A DNA stretch of 40,781 bases. It comes from Candidatus Pyrohabitans jungbluthii. Its GTDB lineage: Archaea; Hydrothermarchaeota; Hydrothermarchaeia; Hydrothermarchaeales; BMS3B. Where the stretch lies: the NCBI GenBank assembly GCA_002010065.2, contig MTMD02000012.1, positions 1 to 40,781 on the forward strand, read 5' to 3'. How positions within the stretch are numbered: position 1 is the stretch's first letter; each line of letters opens with the position of its first letter. Positions 1 through 8,319 of the stretch are shown here, piece by piece. A program made the position numbers and the translations under genes. Below the pieces are notes generated by a model. It was not told where the DNA came from and ran no database searches. It was given only the letters and a program-made list of their open reading frames with translations.

Positions 1-2
1 GC

Positions 3-1238
3 TAGCTTTTTCATATCATCAAGTTTGAAACTCCTAAAAGCGTCATGGTCTGTAACCAAGACTATGCAATCTGCATCTCTAAAAATCTCCATAGGCTCTG
101 CATATTTTGCACCTTTATTTGCGGTTTCTTCCGCGCTTACATAGGGGTCGTAGGCATACACCCTGGCATTCATCTCTCTAAGCTCGCGGATAATTATCTC
201 GCTTGGAGTATTTCTTACATCGCCGGTGTTCTTCTTGTAGGAAACTCCCAAAATCACTACCTTAGAGCCATTGACAGGTTTTTTCAACCGATTAAGCCCC
301 TTAACTATGAGATTAACTACATGCAGTGGCATGGAATCGTTGACACTTCTGCCAGCGAGGATAACTTTAGGATGAAAGCCCAGCTGCTGTGCCTTAAATG
401 TGAGATAATATGGGTCAACAGGCAGGCAGTGACCACCTACACCGGCGCCGGGATAGTATTTAACGAAGTTCCACTTCGTTGCCGCCGCCTCGATTACTTC
501 ATAAACGTCGACGCCCAAACGTTCGAAAATCAGAGCAAGTTCGTTCATTAAAGCTATGTTCAAATCTCTCTGAATGTTCTCAATAATTTTAGCTGCTTCG
601 GCGGTTCTGATATTATTAACCTTATAAACATCCTTGGCTATGAGTCTGTAAAGTTCTGCCGTTATTTCAAGCCATTTCTCATTAATCGCCCCCACTACGC
701 GCACAACCTTATCCACAGTATGCTCCGGATCACCAGGATTGTACCTCTCTGGAACGTAAGCTAAGCCGAAATCTTCACCTGCTTTTAGACCTGTACTCTC
801 AAGCACAGGCTTAAGGTCGGCTTCTGTACATGTGGGATGTACTGTGCTTTCAAGTACCACAAGTTTGTTCTTGGTTAAGCCCTTTGCTATGGTCTCTCCA
901 GCATTGAGTACGGCACGTAAATCTGGAATCTTTTCCTCAGTCACTGGTGTGGGAACGCAAATTATCGCTACATCGCTCTTTCTTGCTGCTTCAATGCCGT
1001 CAATGGTGGCGGTAAAATGTCCAGCTTTTAAAGCTTTATTGAGAGCGTCATCAATATCAAGCTCCCTCAGGTGGGATTCGCCATTATTCAGCTTTTCCAC
1101 GATGCTTCTATTTAAATCTACTCCAATTACCTTAAAACCTTTGGTTGCAAACTCCAAAGCGGTGGGCAAACCCACATAGCCAAGACCATAGACCGCAATG
1201 GTTAATTTTCGTCTTTTTATCTTATTTAGGATATCCAT
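3..1238 (-). CDS. Nucleotide-sugar dehydrogenase (UDP-ManNAc/UDP-GlcNAc 6-dehydrogenase, WecC/WbpA family); 3' end runs off the window
   Basis: Not in the ORF track. Manual translation gives MDILNKIKRRKLTIAVYGLGYVGLPTALEFA (Rossmann), YPGAGVGGHCLPVDP (catalytic Cys motif) and DCIVLVTDHDAF. GTGGTG RBS upstream. Confidence 0.92.
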   Translation of the reverse strand, partial: MDILNKIKRRKLTIAVYGLGYVGLPTALEFATKGFKVIGVDLNRSIVEKLNNGESHLRELDIDDALNKALKAGHFTATIDGIEAARKSDVAIICVPTPVTEEKIPDLRAVLNAGETIAKGLTKNKLVVLESTVHPTCTEADLKPVLESTGLKAGEDFGLAYVPERYNPGDPEHTVDKVVRVVGAINEKWLEITAELYRLIAKDVYKVNNIRTAEAAKIIENIQRDLNIALMNELALIFERLGVDVYEVIEAAATKWNFVKYYPGAGVGGHCLPVDPYYLTFKAQQLGFHPKVILAGRSVNDSMPLHVVNLIVKGLNRLKKPVNGSKVVILGVSYKKNTGDVRNTPSEIIIRELREMNARVYAYDPYVSAEETANKGAKYAEPMEIFRDADCIVLVTDHDAFRSFKLDDMKKL

Positions 1239-1288
1239 TTCACACACCACAGCCTAAATTTACTACAAAAAATTTTGTTTGTGTGATA

Positions 1289-1338
1289 GATTCTTCGCGT
1301 ATTTGTATGGTTATGCCGGTGATTAATGCTTTTTTCAT
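1289..1338 (-). pseudogene. gmd: Short relic of the GDP-mannose 4,6-dehydratase 5' end (copy 1)
   Basis: Reads [10 protein letters not shown] then breaks. Shares 32 identical bp plus a 14/15 bp block with copy 2. Confidence 0.7.
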
Positions 1339-1340
1339 TC
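1309..1340. repeat. 32-bp exact direct repeat, copy 1 (ggttatgccggtgattaatgcttttttcattc)
   Basis: Identical to 2283-2314. Confidence 0.95.
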
Positions 1341-1370
1341 CGATACTTCTCTGGTTTGCCTGTTGTTACC

Positions 1371-1838
1371 CTACTTTAGCAGCTCCTCTTCAACTTCTTT
1401 GCTGAATAGATAGCCGTCCTTTTCCTTCAGGTCGGATATTATCTGAGCTATATCATCGCTTTTCAAAATGCCTCTCTTTTTACACGCAAAAAGCAGCTCC
1501 GGAATGTTAAACGATGTTACATTCTCATTTGAAGCTGCTTTTTCTGCTTTCCTATCTTCTATAAATACAATTTTCCCCTCAGATGCAGCGATTACACTCA
1601 ATTCACCGGACCCAAGCTCAGGATATTTATTTTTTAACTCAGAAATGTCAGTAGATTCCAATATCTCAATATCTTTTTCTTTCATAGCTTTTACCAGTGG
1701 TTTAATCAGGTTTTTGCACCTGCTTATCTCATCATACACTTCAGCGGTTAGAAATATTCTTTCAACAAAATTGAAAACCAGGTCGATGCGGTTTATTTTA
1801 AGCAGAGCGCTGAGAAAACCCGTGTCTACTACAGCATA
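1371..1838 (-). CDS. PIN-domain (DUF3368-like/VapC) toxin; start codon unclear
   Basis: The frame is open upstream of the GTG at 1739 and reads YAVVDTGFLSALLKINRIDL. Also LGSGELSVIA and IEDRKA. No in-frame ATG/GTG/TTG before the first Asp. Confidence 0.75.
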   Translation of the reverse strand, partial: YAVVDTGFLSALLKINRIDLVFNFVERIFLTAEVYDEISRCKNLIKPLVKAMKEKDIEILESTDISELKNKYPELGSGELSVIAASEGKIVFIEDRKAEKAASNENVTSFNIPELLFACKKRGILKSDDIAQIISDLKEKDGYLFSKEVEEELLK

Positions 1839-2128
1839 CTTAGGAGTTTCTCTGTCTTCTCCTTCAGTTCCTCTGCGGATTCCGGACCCCTCCTTATTGG
1901 AATGTTGTTTCTGATCAGAAGCTCTTTCATCTCCTCATAGGACAGTCTGGCTATCTCAGAAGCCTTCCCCAAGCTGATTTTCCCTTCTCTATAAAGCTCC
2001 ATGGCAACTTTTTCCCGCAGGTCTTTATTTGTCAGCAGAAACAGATCCATCGCTTCATTCAGCAGCTTCTCTCTGTTGTAGCCGAGTTTTGAAATAGCAT
2101 TAAGTATATATTCCACCTCTGTGCTCAT
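1829..2128 (-). CDS. UPF0175-family antitoxin-like protein
   Basis: AMELYREGKISLGKASEIARLSYEEMKELL motif; overlaps the PIN gene; GGTGG RBS before ATG 2128. Confidence 0.85.
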   Translation of the reverse strand: MSTEVEYILNAISKLGYNREKLLNEAMDLFLLTNKDLREKVAMELYREGKISLGKASEIARLSYEEMKELLIRNNIPIRRGPESAEELKEKTEKLLSML

Positions 2129-2185
2129 TCTGATTCCACCACTTAAATTATTATTTATTAACGTAACCATGAAAAAGTAAATTAT

Positions 2186-2312
2186 TCAACCGATTCTCCG
2201 CGTATTGAAGGTGCTGGCTCTACGAACGATGCTATGCACCCTTGCTGAGAAGAAGCTCCGCAAGGTAGCTTCCATCTTGCCCGGTTATGCCGGTGATTAA
2301 TGCTTTTTTCAT
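2186..2312 (-). pseudogene. gmd: Relic of the GDP-mannose 4,6-dehydratase 5' end (copy 2)
   Basis: [25 protein letters not shown], then a frameshift, then [15 protein letters not shown] and a stop. This is the canonical Gmd N-terminus. Confidence 0.9.
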
Positions 2313-2314
2313 TC
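2283..2314. repeat. 32-bp exact direct repeat, copy 2
   Basis: Identical to 1309-1340. Confidence 0.95.
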
Positions 2315-2346
2315 TATCCCTCTTGGTTTCTTACTGGAGAACAATT

Positions 2347-2821
2347 CTATTTCAGAACATCAAGATTCAAATCTCTAAAGAGTTTTACATCAAGATTATA
2401 TTCCGCAGAGAATGGGGTAAGCTTATCGTACAAAGGCTTATCGTTTGTGATCAGGGTGGTACCGTACAGTATAGACGTTATCGCTATAAGGTTGTCAAAA
2501 CCTCCTGCTTAATTTTCACGGCGTAGTCTAGGACTCTTTCTTTTAAATCGGAATCAAAAAGGACGACCTCTGCAGAATCTTCTATCTCCACAGCGGCATC
2601 TTTCCCAAATTCTTCTTTTCCGGTGAGCAGCGATACCACCGATGCAACTTCCACGATTACAACAAAGGGAAGTATCAGTCTATGCTCTCCGGTTATTATA
2701 GCCTCGTAAAGCTCCTTAGCTTTGATATGCAGATCTTCCACTCTTCATGCTTCTTTTTGTTTTTATGCAGAGGTGGAACAAAGGCATAGACCAGCACATT
2801 ACTGTCCAGGGTTATGTCCAT
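2347..2821 (-). pseudogene. PIN/VapC toxin with two frameshifts
   Basis: Three frames join into one PIN domain: MDITLDSNVLVYAF... / ...LILPFVVIVEVASVV... / ...GGFDNLIAITSILYGTTLITNDKPL. Confidence 0.8.
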
Positions 2822-3010
2822 TTAGTATTGCACCTTCAAATGCACCAGGTCATTTCTCGGCTATTTTTCTGTCTCTTTTTTATCTCTAGGCTCTTAATGG
2901 CTTTCAACGCTCCACCTAAATCCCCATAGTTTTCGGTTAATGCTGACGATACCCCAAGCTACCCCCGCCCCAGCCTCTTATCATCCCCCCGTCCCGCATT
3001 CGGGGTCAAT

Positions 3011-3367
3011 TCAGCTGGAGAGGAAAGATTTCACGAAGCTCGGTGAAAGTGAGGAGTACTTCCTCACAGCCTTGATGAACGCCGCTTTTTGAGTGGTAAA
3101 GGTCATGAAGTAATCATCGTCAAAGCCTTCGACTTTTTCGAGTTCTTTGAGGATGAGTCTTATCTGGGCGTCGGAGAGTAGCTTCTCCCCGCGGTAATTC
3201 TTCATCTCCGCCAGCACATTGGCGAAGTAGCCCAGCTTCTTTGCTTTATCCGGGGAGATGTTCTTGATGTATCCGCACTCCCGGCATGCAGGGTGAGGTG
3301 CTATTAAGCCATTGTGCGCGGGTAGGTAGTGCCTCTCATGGGAGTCGCGGTGCTCGCATGCCATCAT
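3011..3367 (-). CDS. Hypothetical protein with a putative Zn site (C-x-H ... HPAC-x2-CG)
   Basis: 118-aa ORF with a CRECG motif; resembles conserved euryarchaeal hypotheticals (from memory). Confidence 0.7.
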   Translation of the reverse strand: MMACEHRDSHERHYLPAHNGLIAPHPACRECGYIKNISPDKAKKLGYFANVLAEMKNYRGEKLLSDAQIRLILKELEKVEGFDDDYFMTFTTQKAAFIKAVRKYSSLSPSFVKSFLSS

Positions 3368-3479
3368 GGTAAAGTTGATGAAGGGGAATATAAGCTTAAC
3401 TCTCCGGGGCGGTGGTTAGCTGCGCGCTCTCCCGGCATGCAGAATGAAGTGGTAAAGAAGGAACTCTTTTTGTCTATAT

Positions 3480-3857
3480 TCAGAGTTTTAGATATTTCTT
3501 TACAGCTTCGATGACAATATCGATTTCCTCCACCACCCTGCCCCTCATTGGTGATTCCTCAAAGACCCATTCTTTTCCCGTCCTTTTTTGAAAATGGTGC
3601 GGGTAGCTATCCAAATTTCTGATTTCGTCAATTTTCTCATGAGGGTAGTCGTCCCAGCCTATAACTCGCTTATCTCCCTCCCAAGGCAGAGTTAAATCAA
3701 CCAGACCATAAGAGTAGCTCCCTGTGGTTGGATCATAGTATATCTCCAGGAAGAGGGTTTCACTCACAAAGGCACGGATTTTCGCTCCCACAACTTTGAC
3801 TTCCAGAAAAATACCGCTCTCTTCCAGCTTCTTCTTAACATCTCTGTACCAAGGCAT
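3480..3857 (-). CDS. DUF6516-like (TumE-like) putative toxin
   Basis: YSYG...VIGWDDYPH...SYPHHF motif; coupled to the upstream small gene. Confidence 0.7.
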   Translation of the reverse strand: MPWYRDVKKKLEESGIFLEVKVVGAKIRAFVSETLFLEIYYDPTTGSYSYGLVDLTLPWEGDKRVIGWDDYPHEKIDEIRNLDSYPHHFQKRTGKEWVFEESPMRGRVVEEIDIVIEAVKKYLKL

Positions 3858-4153
3858 TAAATCGACTCCAGGAGGCGTGCAAGCTCCCTGAGCTCATGTC
3901 TTATCGCCCGCCACTCCAGCAGGTCGTTATATGCCTTGTGGTCTTCGGGAGGTATCCCTTTTTCTTTTATTATGTCTTCTAATTTTTCGAGGGAGCCGTA
4001 TTTCTCTGTGAGTCTTTTTTCTGCCAGCTTTAATTCTACCATTCTCTCGTTTATTTTGGTAATTACTCCTGTTAATACGACATCTTCCTCTGATGATGGG
4101 AGAATTTCCAGAGCCCTTGAGAGTACGCCCTTCACCCTTGCTCCAGTGCCCAT
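3857..4153 (-). CDS. Putative antitoxin partner of the DUF6516-like gene
   Basis: 98-aa helical protein (EKYGSLEKL...DLLEWRA); its stop overlaps the next start. Confidence 0.65.
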   Translation of the reverse strand: MGTGARVKGVLSRALEILPSSEEDVVLTGVITKINERMVELKLAEKRLTEKYGSLEKLEDIIKEKGIPPEDHKAYNDLLEWRAIRHELRELARLLESI

Positions 4154-4275
4154 ATGTATTGAAAGAGATGTTTAACTAATATAATTCTTTTGCATCATAC
4201 CAAGCAATGTTCACAGCTTAATCATTTATTGCCTAAGGCAACATCGCGAGCGGTGTAACCCATGAGCGCCCTCAA

Positions 4276-5625
4276 TTAGCATCTACCATACTCGTCTTCC
4301 AAGCGTATTATATCGTCTTCCTCGATGTACTCGCCTGTCTGGATCTCAATCAGGTGAAGGTCAACTTTGCCCGGGTTCTCAAGGCGGTGCACCGTCGACT
4401 TGGGGATGTAGATGCTCTCATTTTCATGGACGTAGTGCTCCTCCTCGCCCTTAATCACCCTCGCGGTGCCCTTCACCACAACCCAGTGCTCCGCTCTGTG
4501 GTGGTGCATCTGCAGCGAGATGCTCTTCCCCGGGTATATGCACAGGCGCTTAACCTTATAGCGCTCTCCCTCCTCGAGAAGGGTGTAGTATCCCCACGGG
4601 CGGTGCACAGTTTTGTGGATAATCGCCTCGCTTCTGCCCTGCTGCTTGAGAAGCTTTGCTATCTCACCCACGCGCTCGCTCATTTCGCGAGAAGCGACGA
4701 GCAGCGCGTCCTTCGTATCCACGATTACCAGGTCCTCTACGCCCAGCGTTGCTACAAGGCGGTCGTCGCCGTAAATCAGGCAGGAGGAGGTATCTATTGC
4801 CAGGACGTCCCCCTTAACAGCATTACCCCTGCGGTCCTTCTTCATTATCGCATAGACGCTCTCCCAGCTTCCTATATCCTGCCATTCGCCGGAGTAGGGC
4901 ACAACCGCGGCACGGGAAGACTTCTCCATTATTGCATAATCGATGGAAATCGCAGGGATAGAGGCGTAGTTTTCAAGCATGGCGGAGTAGCTCTTCATGT
5001 GCTCTGCAATGCTTGGAGCGTGGTGATGAAATTCTTCTATCAGCAGCTCCGGCGAGAATAGGAAGATGCCGGAGTTCCACAGGTAGCCGAGCTTCAGAAA
5101 CTCCTCGGCTTTTTCCCTGCTGGGCTTTTCGATGAAGCGCTCCACCTTATAGCCAACTTCGAGCTTCTCCCCGGGCTTTATGTATCCGTAGCCCGTTGCG
5201 GGAAAGCTTGGCTTTATGCCAAAGGTTACCACGTAGCTAGAGCACAGCCTCTCCGCCTCTTTAACGGTGGTGAAAAATTCACTGCTCAGCACGTGGTCAG
5301 AGGGCATGACCACAAAGCTCTCGTTGCCGTAGTTTTCTTTTATGTAGAGGGCTGCCAGCGCAATTGCCGGGGCGGTGTTTCTGCGCCGGGGCTCGCGTAT
5401 TATCATATTCTCAGGCACAATATCTCTGAGCTCATCCCTCACGTAGAAGAACTGCTCGTTGTTGGTGAGCACCAGAATCTCGCTGAAGTGCTCCCCCGCG
5501 CGCTCCACAGCCTGGCGCAGAAGGCTCTCTTTGCCATTAAGGGCGAGGAACTGCTTCGGATAGAGCTCCCTGCTCAGCGGCCACAGGCGCGTACCTGAGC
5601 CGCCGGCGAGAATTGCACATATCAT
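4276..5625 (-). CDS. manC: Mannose-1-phosphate guanylyltransferase / mannose-6-phosphate isomerase
   Basis: ILAGGSGTRLWPLSRELYPKQF, RNTAPAI, FIEKP, WNSGIF; C-terminal cupin RPWG...SLQMHHHRAEHW. Confidence 0.96.
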   Translation of the reverse strand: MICAILAGGSGTRLWPLSRELYPKQFLALNGKESLLRQAVERAGEHFSEILVLTNNEQFFYVRDELRDIVPENMIIREPRRRNTAPAIALAALYIKENYGNESFVVMPSDHVLSSEFFTTVKEAERLCSSYVVTFGIKPSFPATGYGYIKPGEKLEVGYKVERFIEKPSREKAEEFLKLGYLWNSGIFLFSPELLIEEFHHHAPSIAEHMKSYSAMLENYASIPAISIDYAIMEKSSRAAVVPYSGEWQDIGSWESVYAIMKKDRRGNAVKGDVLAIDTSSCLIYGDDRLVATLGVEDLVIVDTKDALLVASREMSERVGEIAKLLKQQGRSEAIIHKTVHRPWGYYTLLEEGERYKVKRLCIYPGKSISLQMHHHRAEHWVVVKGTARVIKGEEEHYVHENESIYIPKSTVHRLENPGKVDLHLIEIQTGEYIEEDDIIRLEDEYGRC

Positions 5626-5693
5626 TGCACTCACCACCCATAGTTTATTTTAAAGGGTTAATAAATACTGCGATGCCCTCCCCGATTAGTTTT

Positions 5694-6902
5694 TCATTTC
5701 CTTCCATTCTCCTCTATGTAGTGGGCGAAGAAGGCTGCAAAAACGCCAACGAAGAGGCCGAGCACGCCAGCTACGGCGATATTGAGAAGCCTGTTGGGTC
5801 CCACAGGACTGCGGGGCTCCACCGCCTTTTCAACAATGCGCAGCGACTTCAGCTGCTCCTCCTTGGCGATTCTCGCCTCCTGGAGCTTCTGGGAGAGGAA
5901 GGAGTAGGTATCCTCCAGGGTTTTTATATCCCTGTCAAGCTGCTGGAGGGTGGTCTTAATCTCCTGCAGCTTTGCCTCCTTCTCGTCGATCTCCTTCTTA
6001 AGCTGGGCGGTCTCCTCCTCCAGGTAGGCGACGGAGGCGCGGAGGGTTTTCACAGAGACGCGAATATCTGCGAGGTAGTCTTCAAGGGAGAGGTAAACCT
6101 TGTTCTCAATTGCAATCTGCAGCAGTATTGACTCGTCCAGCTTTGAAGATGTGCTCCTGCCGGAAAGCTCCTTCTCTAGGGCGGAAAGCTTCTCCTCCTG
6201 GGCTGCGAGCGTAGCGCTTTTATTGTGAAGCTGTGAGAGCTGGTTCTTGTACACCGCGGTAAGCGCTGCGAGCTCACTCTCGAGGGTTGTGGTGGGGTTT
6301 GCCTTGATCAGCTCAAGCCTCTGCTGCTCCTTCTCCTTCAGTTCTTCACTGACCTCCTCATAGCGAGCGGCGATAAACTCGTAGCTCTGGGCTGTGCTCG
6401 AGGCAAAGAGGTCTGCGTTCTTCTCTATAAAAATCTCTGCCCAGGTGTCAGCTATTGCTTTGATAGTCGCTGGATCGCTGCCCCTAACCTTCATTGTTAG
6501 CAGCACCGTCTTTGCCTGGGTGGGAGATGCTCTCTTATCTTTAAAAATCTCCAGCTTTGGCTCCATTTGCCTTCTCAGCGCCTCAGGGGGAAGGGGTCTG
6601 CCATCGGCACTCTTAAGGTCCAGCCTGTCTATAATCTCCACTAGGAGGTCGTTGCTGAGGGCGAGTTTTTCGTATATCGCCGGGGTGAAGAGGGTGGATT
6701 CACCAGCTTTTTCGCCCAGCATCTCGGATATGGGCGGAGAGATTAAAACGCTTGTGGTGGTTTCATACTGATTCTGGAGCATGAAGAAGGAGAATATCGC
6801 AGAGGAGAAAACAGCTGCTAAGAATACCGCAATAACAATGTGCTTCTTTTTCCAGAGCACTTCCAGGTAATCCCGCAAATCAATCTCGTACTCCTCCTCC
6901 AT
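5694..6902 (-). CDS. Wzz/GumC-type polysaccharide chain-length determinant (co-polymerase)
   Basis: EIDLRDYLEVLWKKK plus TM1, a long coiled coil, then a Pro-rich PRSPVGPNRLLNIAVAGVLGLFVG TM2. Confidence 0.88.
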   Translation of the reverse strand: MEEEYEIDLRDYLEVLWKKKHIVIAVFLAAVFSSAIFSFFMLQNQYETTTSVLISPPISEMLGEKAGESTLFTPAIYEKLALSNDLLVEIIDRLDLKSADGRPLPPEALRRQMEPKLEIFKDKRASPTQAKTVLLTMKVRGSDPATIKAIADTWAEIFIEKNADLFASSTAQSYEFIAARYEEVSEELKEKEQQRLELIKANPTTTLESELAALTAVYKNQLSQLHNKSATLAAQEEKLSALEKELSGRSTSSKLDESILLQIAIENKVYLSLEDYLADIRVSVKTLRASVAYLEEETAQLKKEIDEKEAKLQEIKTTLQQLDRDIKTLEDTYSFLSQKLQEARIAKEEQLKSLRIVEKAVEPRSPVGPNRLLNIAVAGVLGLFVGVFAAFFAHYIEENGRK

Positions 6903-6988
6903 GGGCTCTGATATGCACCGGAGGTTTAAAAAACTTTGCCTTCATCGCGTGGAAATGCCAAAAACAGGAATAAAATGTGGCAGGGGTA

Positions 6989-7062
6989 TGCCCCCGCCGG
7001 GATTTGAACCCGGGCCTAGACCTCCGCAGGGTCCCGTTCTATCCAAGCTATACTACGGGGGC
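6989..7062 (-). tRNA. tRNA-Arg(GCG)
   Basis: GCCCCCG acceptor, GGACC-CTGCGGA-GGTCT anticodon arm, GGTTCAAATCC T-loop; no CCA. Confidence 0.96.
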
Positions 7063-7092
7063 TTCCAGCAATAAGCGCAGCGTAACTTCGTC

Positions 7093-7114
7093 ACCCTATC
7101 CTGATGGATAGGGT
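7093..7114. other. Perfect 9-bp hairpin between the surE stop and tRNA-Arg (terminator or processing signal?)
   Basis: accctatcc-tgat-ggatagggt. Confidence 0.45.
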
Positions 7115-7121
7115 AACCTTA

Positions 7122-7910
7122 TTAATATTTTCTTAATATCTCCGCCAGCTCCTCCATATCTTTGAGGTTGGCGTAGCTGGTGAAGTCCAGGCTGAGGGGC
7201 GAGATTGAGATACACTTCTCCACCCGCACAGCATGCACGTCGGTACCCGGTTCGGAGTCGTAAATGGGGTCGCCGTCTATCCAGAAGTACGTCCTGCCTC
7301 TGGGATCGCGGCGCTTCTGCAAACGGGTGGTGTACATCCTCCTCGCCAGGCGGGTAACCCTCACCCCACCTTTTGGCTCTTCTGGCACGTTAATGTTAAG
7401 AAGGTCAACCCCTCTGGGCAGACTCCGGGCGAGCACATATTCTGCGCACTTTCTGAGCACCTTTATACCCCAGGTGAAGTCCACCTCGGGCTGAATCTGC
7501 TCAAACTTTATCCTGCTCTCCGCATGCAGGGAAATTGCAATAGAGGGTATGCCTTGGCTTGCGCCCTCCATGGCAGCGCCCACAGTACCACTCGTCGTGG
7601 CCTCGCAGCTCATGTTCTCCCCTATATTTATTCCAGAAACCAGGAGGTCTGGCTTCTCGCCGAGTACGCCGTACATTCCCACGATAACCGCGTCCACGGG
7701 GGTGCCGTCTATCGCATATGCGCGTGCGCCGTCGATGTTGGCTTGAGAAATGCTCACCGGCGAAAACAGAGACATGCTTCTCCCAACTCCGCTCTTCTGC
7801 GTCGCAGGAGCTACCGCTGTTATCTCTCCCAGCCCTTCCAGTGCCTTAACCGCCGCTTTTAGTCCAGGTGAGTTTATGCCGTCGTCGTTGACCACTAGAA
7901 TTTTCTTCAT
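7122..7910 (-). CDS. surE: 5'/3'-nucleotidase SurE
   Basis: ILVVNDDGINSPG, SGVGRS, GTPVD, SGINIGEN, SGTVGAA. Confidence 0.96.
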   Translation of the reverse strand: MKKILVVNDDGINSPGLKAAVKALEGLGEITAVAPATQKSGVGRSMSLFSPVSISQANIDGARAYAIDGTPVDAVIVGMYGVLGEKPDLLVSGINIGENMSCEATTSGTVGAAMEGASQGIPSIAISLHAESRIKFEQIQPEVDFTWGIKVLRKCAEYVLARSLPRGVDLLNINVPEEPKGGVRVTRLARRMYTTRLQKRRDPRGRTYFWIDGDPIYDSEPGTDVHAVRVEKCISISPLSLDFTSYANLKDMEELAEILRKY

Positions 7911-7985
7911 AACCCTTCTCCCGCCTCCTAACGTCGTGCGATAAAAATTTACAGGCGTTAACTCTCCTATAATCATCTGCTACCT

Positions 7986-8069
7986 GCGGGGGTAGCCAAG
8001 CGGTCAAAGGCGCCAGATTCAGGGTCTGGTCCCTAAGTGGGTTCGAGGGTTCAAATCCCTTCCCCCGCA
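7986..8069 (+). tRNA. tRNA-Leu(CAG)
   Basis: GCGGGGG acceptor, CCAGA-TTCAGGG-TCTGG anticodon arm, long variable arm, GGTTCAAATCC. Confidence 0.96.
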
Positions 8070-8205
8070 TATCCAGGGGAGGGGTACTCCCCTCCCTTTA
8101 GGTTAGCCCCACCCCTTAAGGATACGAGGGAAAAACACTAAGGAAGCATAGCGGTATTGTAAGATACCGCGATATGATGATCAAACTTTCTGAAGTTTGG
8201 TTCTG

Positions 8206-8221
8206 AATCCCTTCCCCCGCA
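8206..8221 (+). repeat. Duplicate of the tRNA-Leu 3' end (att-like site)
   Basis: aatcccttcccccgca is identical to 8054-8069 and is preceded by ggttctg versus ggttca. Confidence 0.85.
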
Positions 8222-8319
8222 CTACTTTTCCGCTGTTAAATTGGGATTGGAAAAACCGGGGTGAGAAATATTAATATATCACCATGTTGGAAAATATTCA
8301 AGATCGACAGTGAAATCGC

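Noticed and set aside
45-1405. Plus-strand ORFs 45-551, 832-1179 and 1145-1405
   Set aside because: Antisense shadows of the minus-strand dehydrogenase, which the track missed because it runs off the window.
1309-2314. 32-bp repeat as a CRISPR repeat or attC site
   Set aside because: Only two copies about 1 kb apart, no spacer periodicity and no cas or integrase; explained as gmd coding sequence.
2830-2930. Possible decayed antitoxin upstream of the PIN pseudogene
   Set aside because: Only short interrupted frames; no motif I can support.
3278-3442. 14-bp direct repeat ctcccggcatgcag (3278 and 3429)
   Set aside because: A 14-mer match is plausible by chance in 40 kb; one copy is inside a CDS and there is no element structure.
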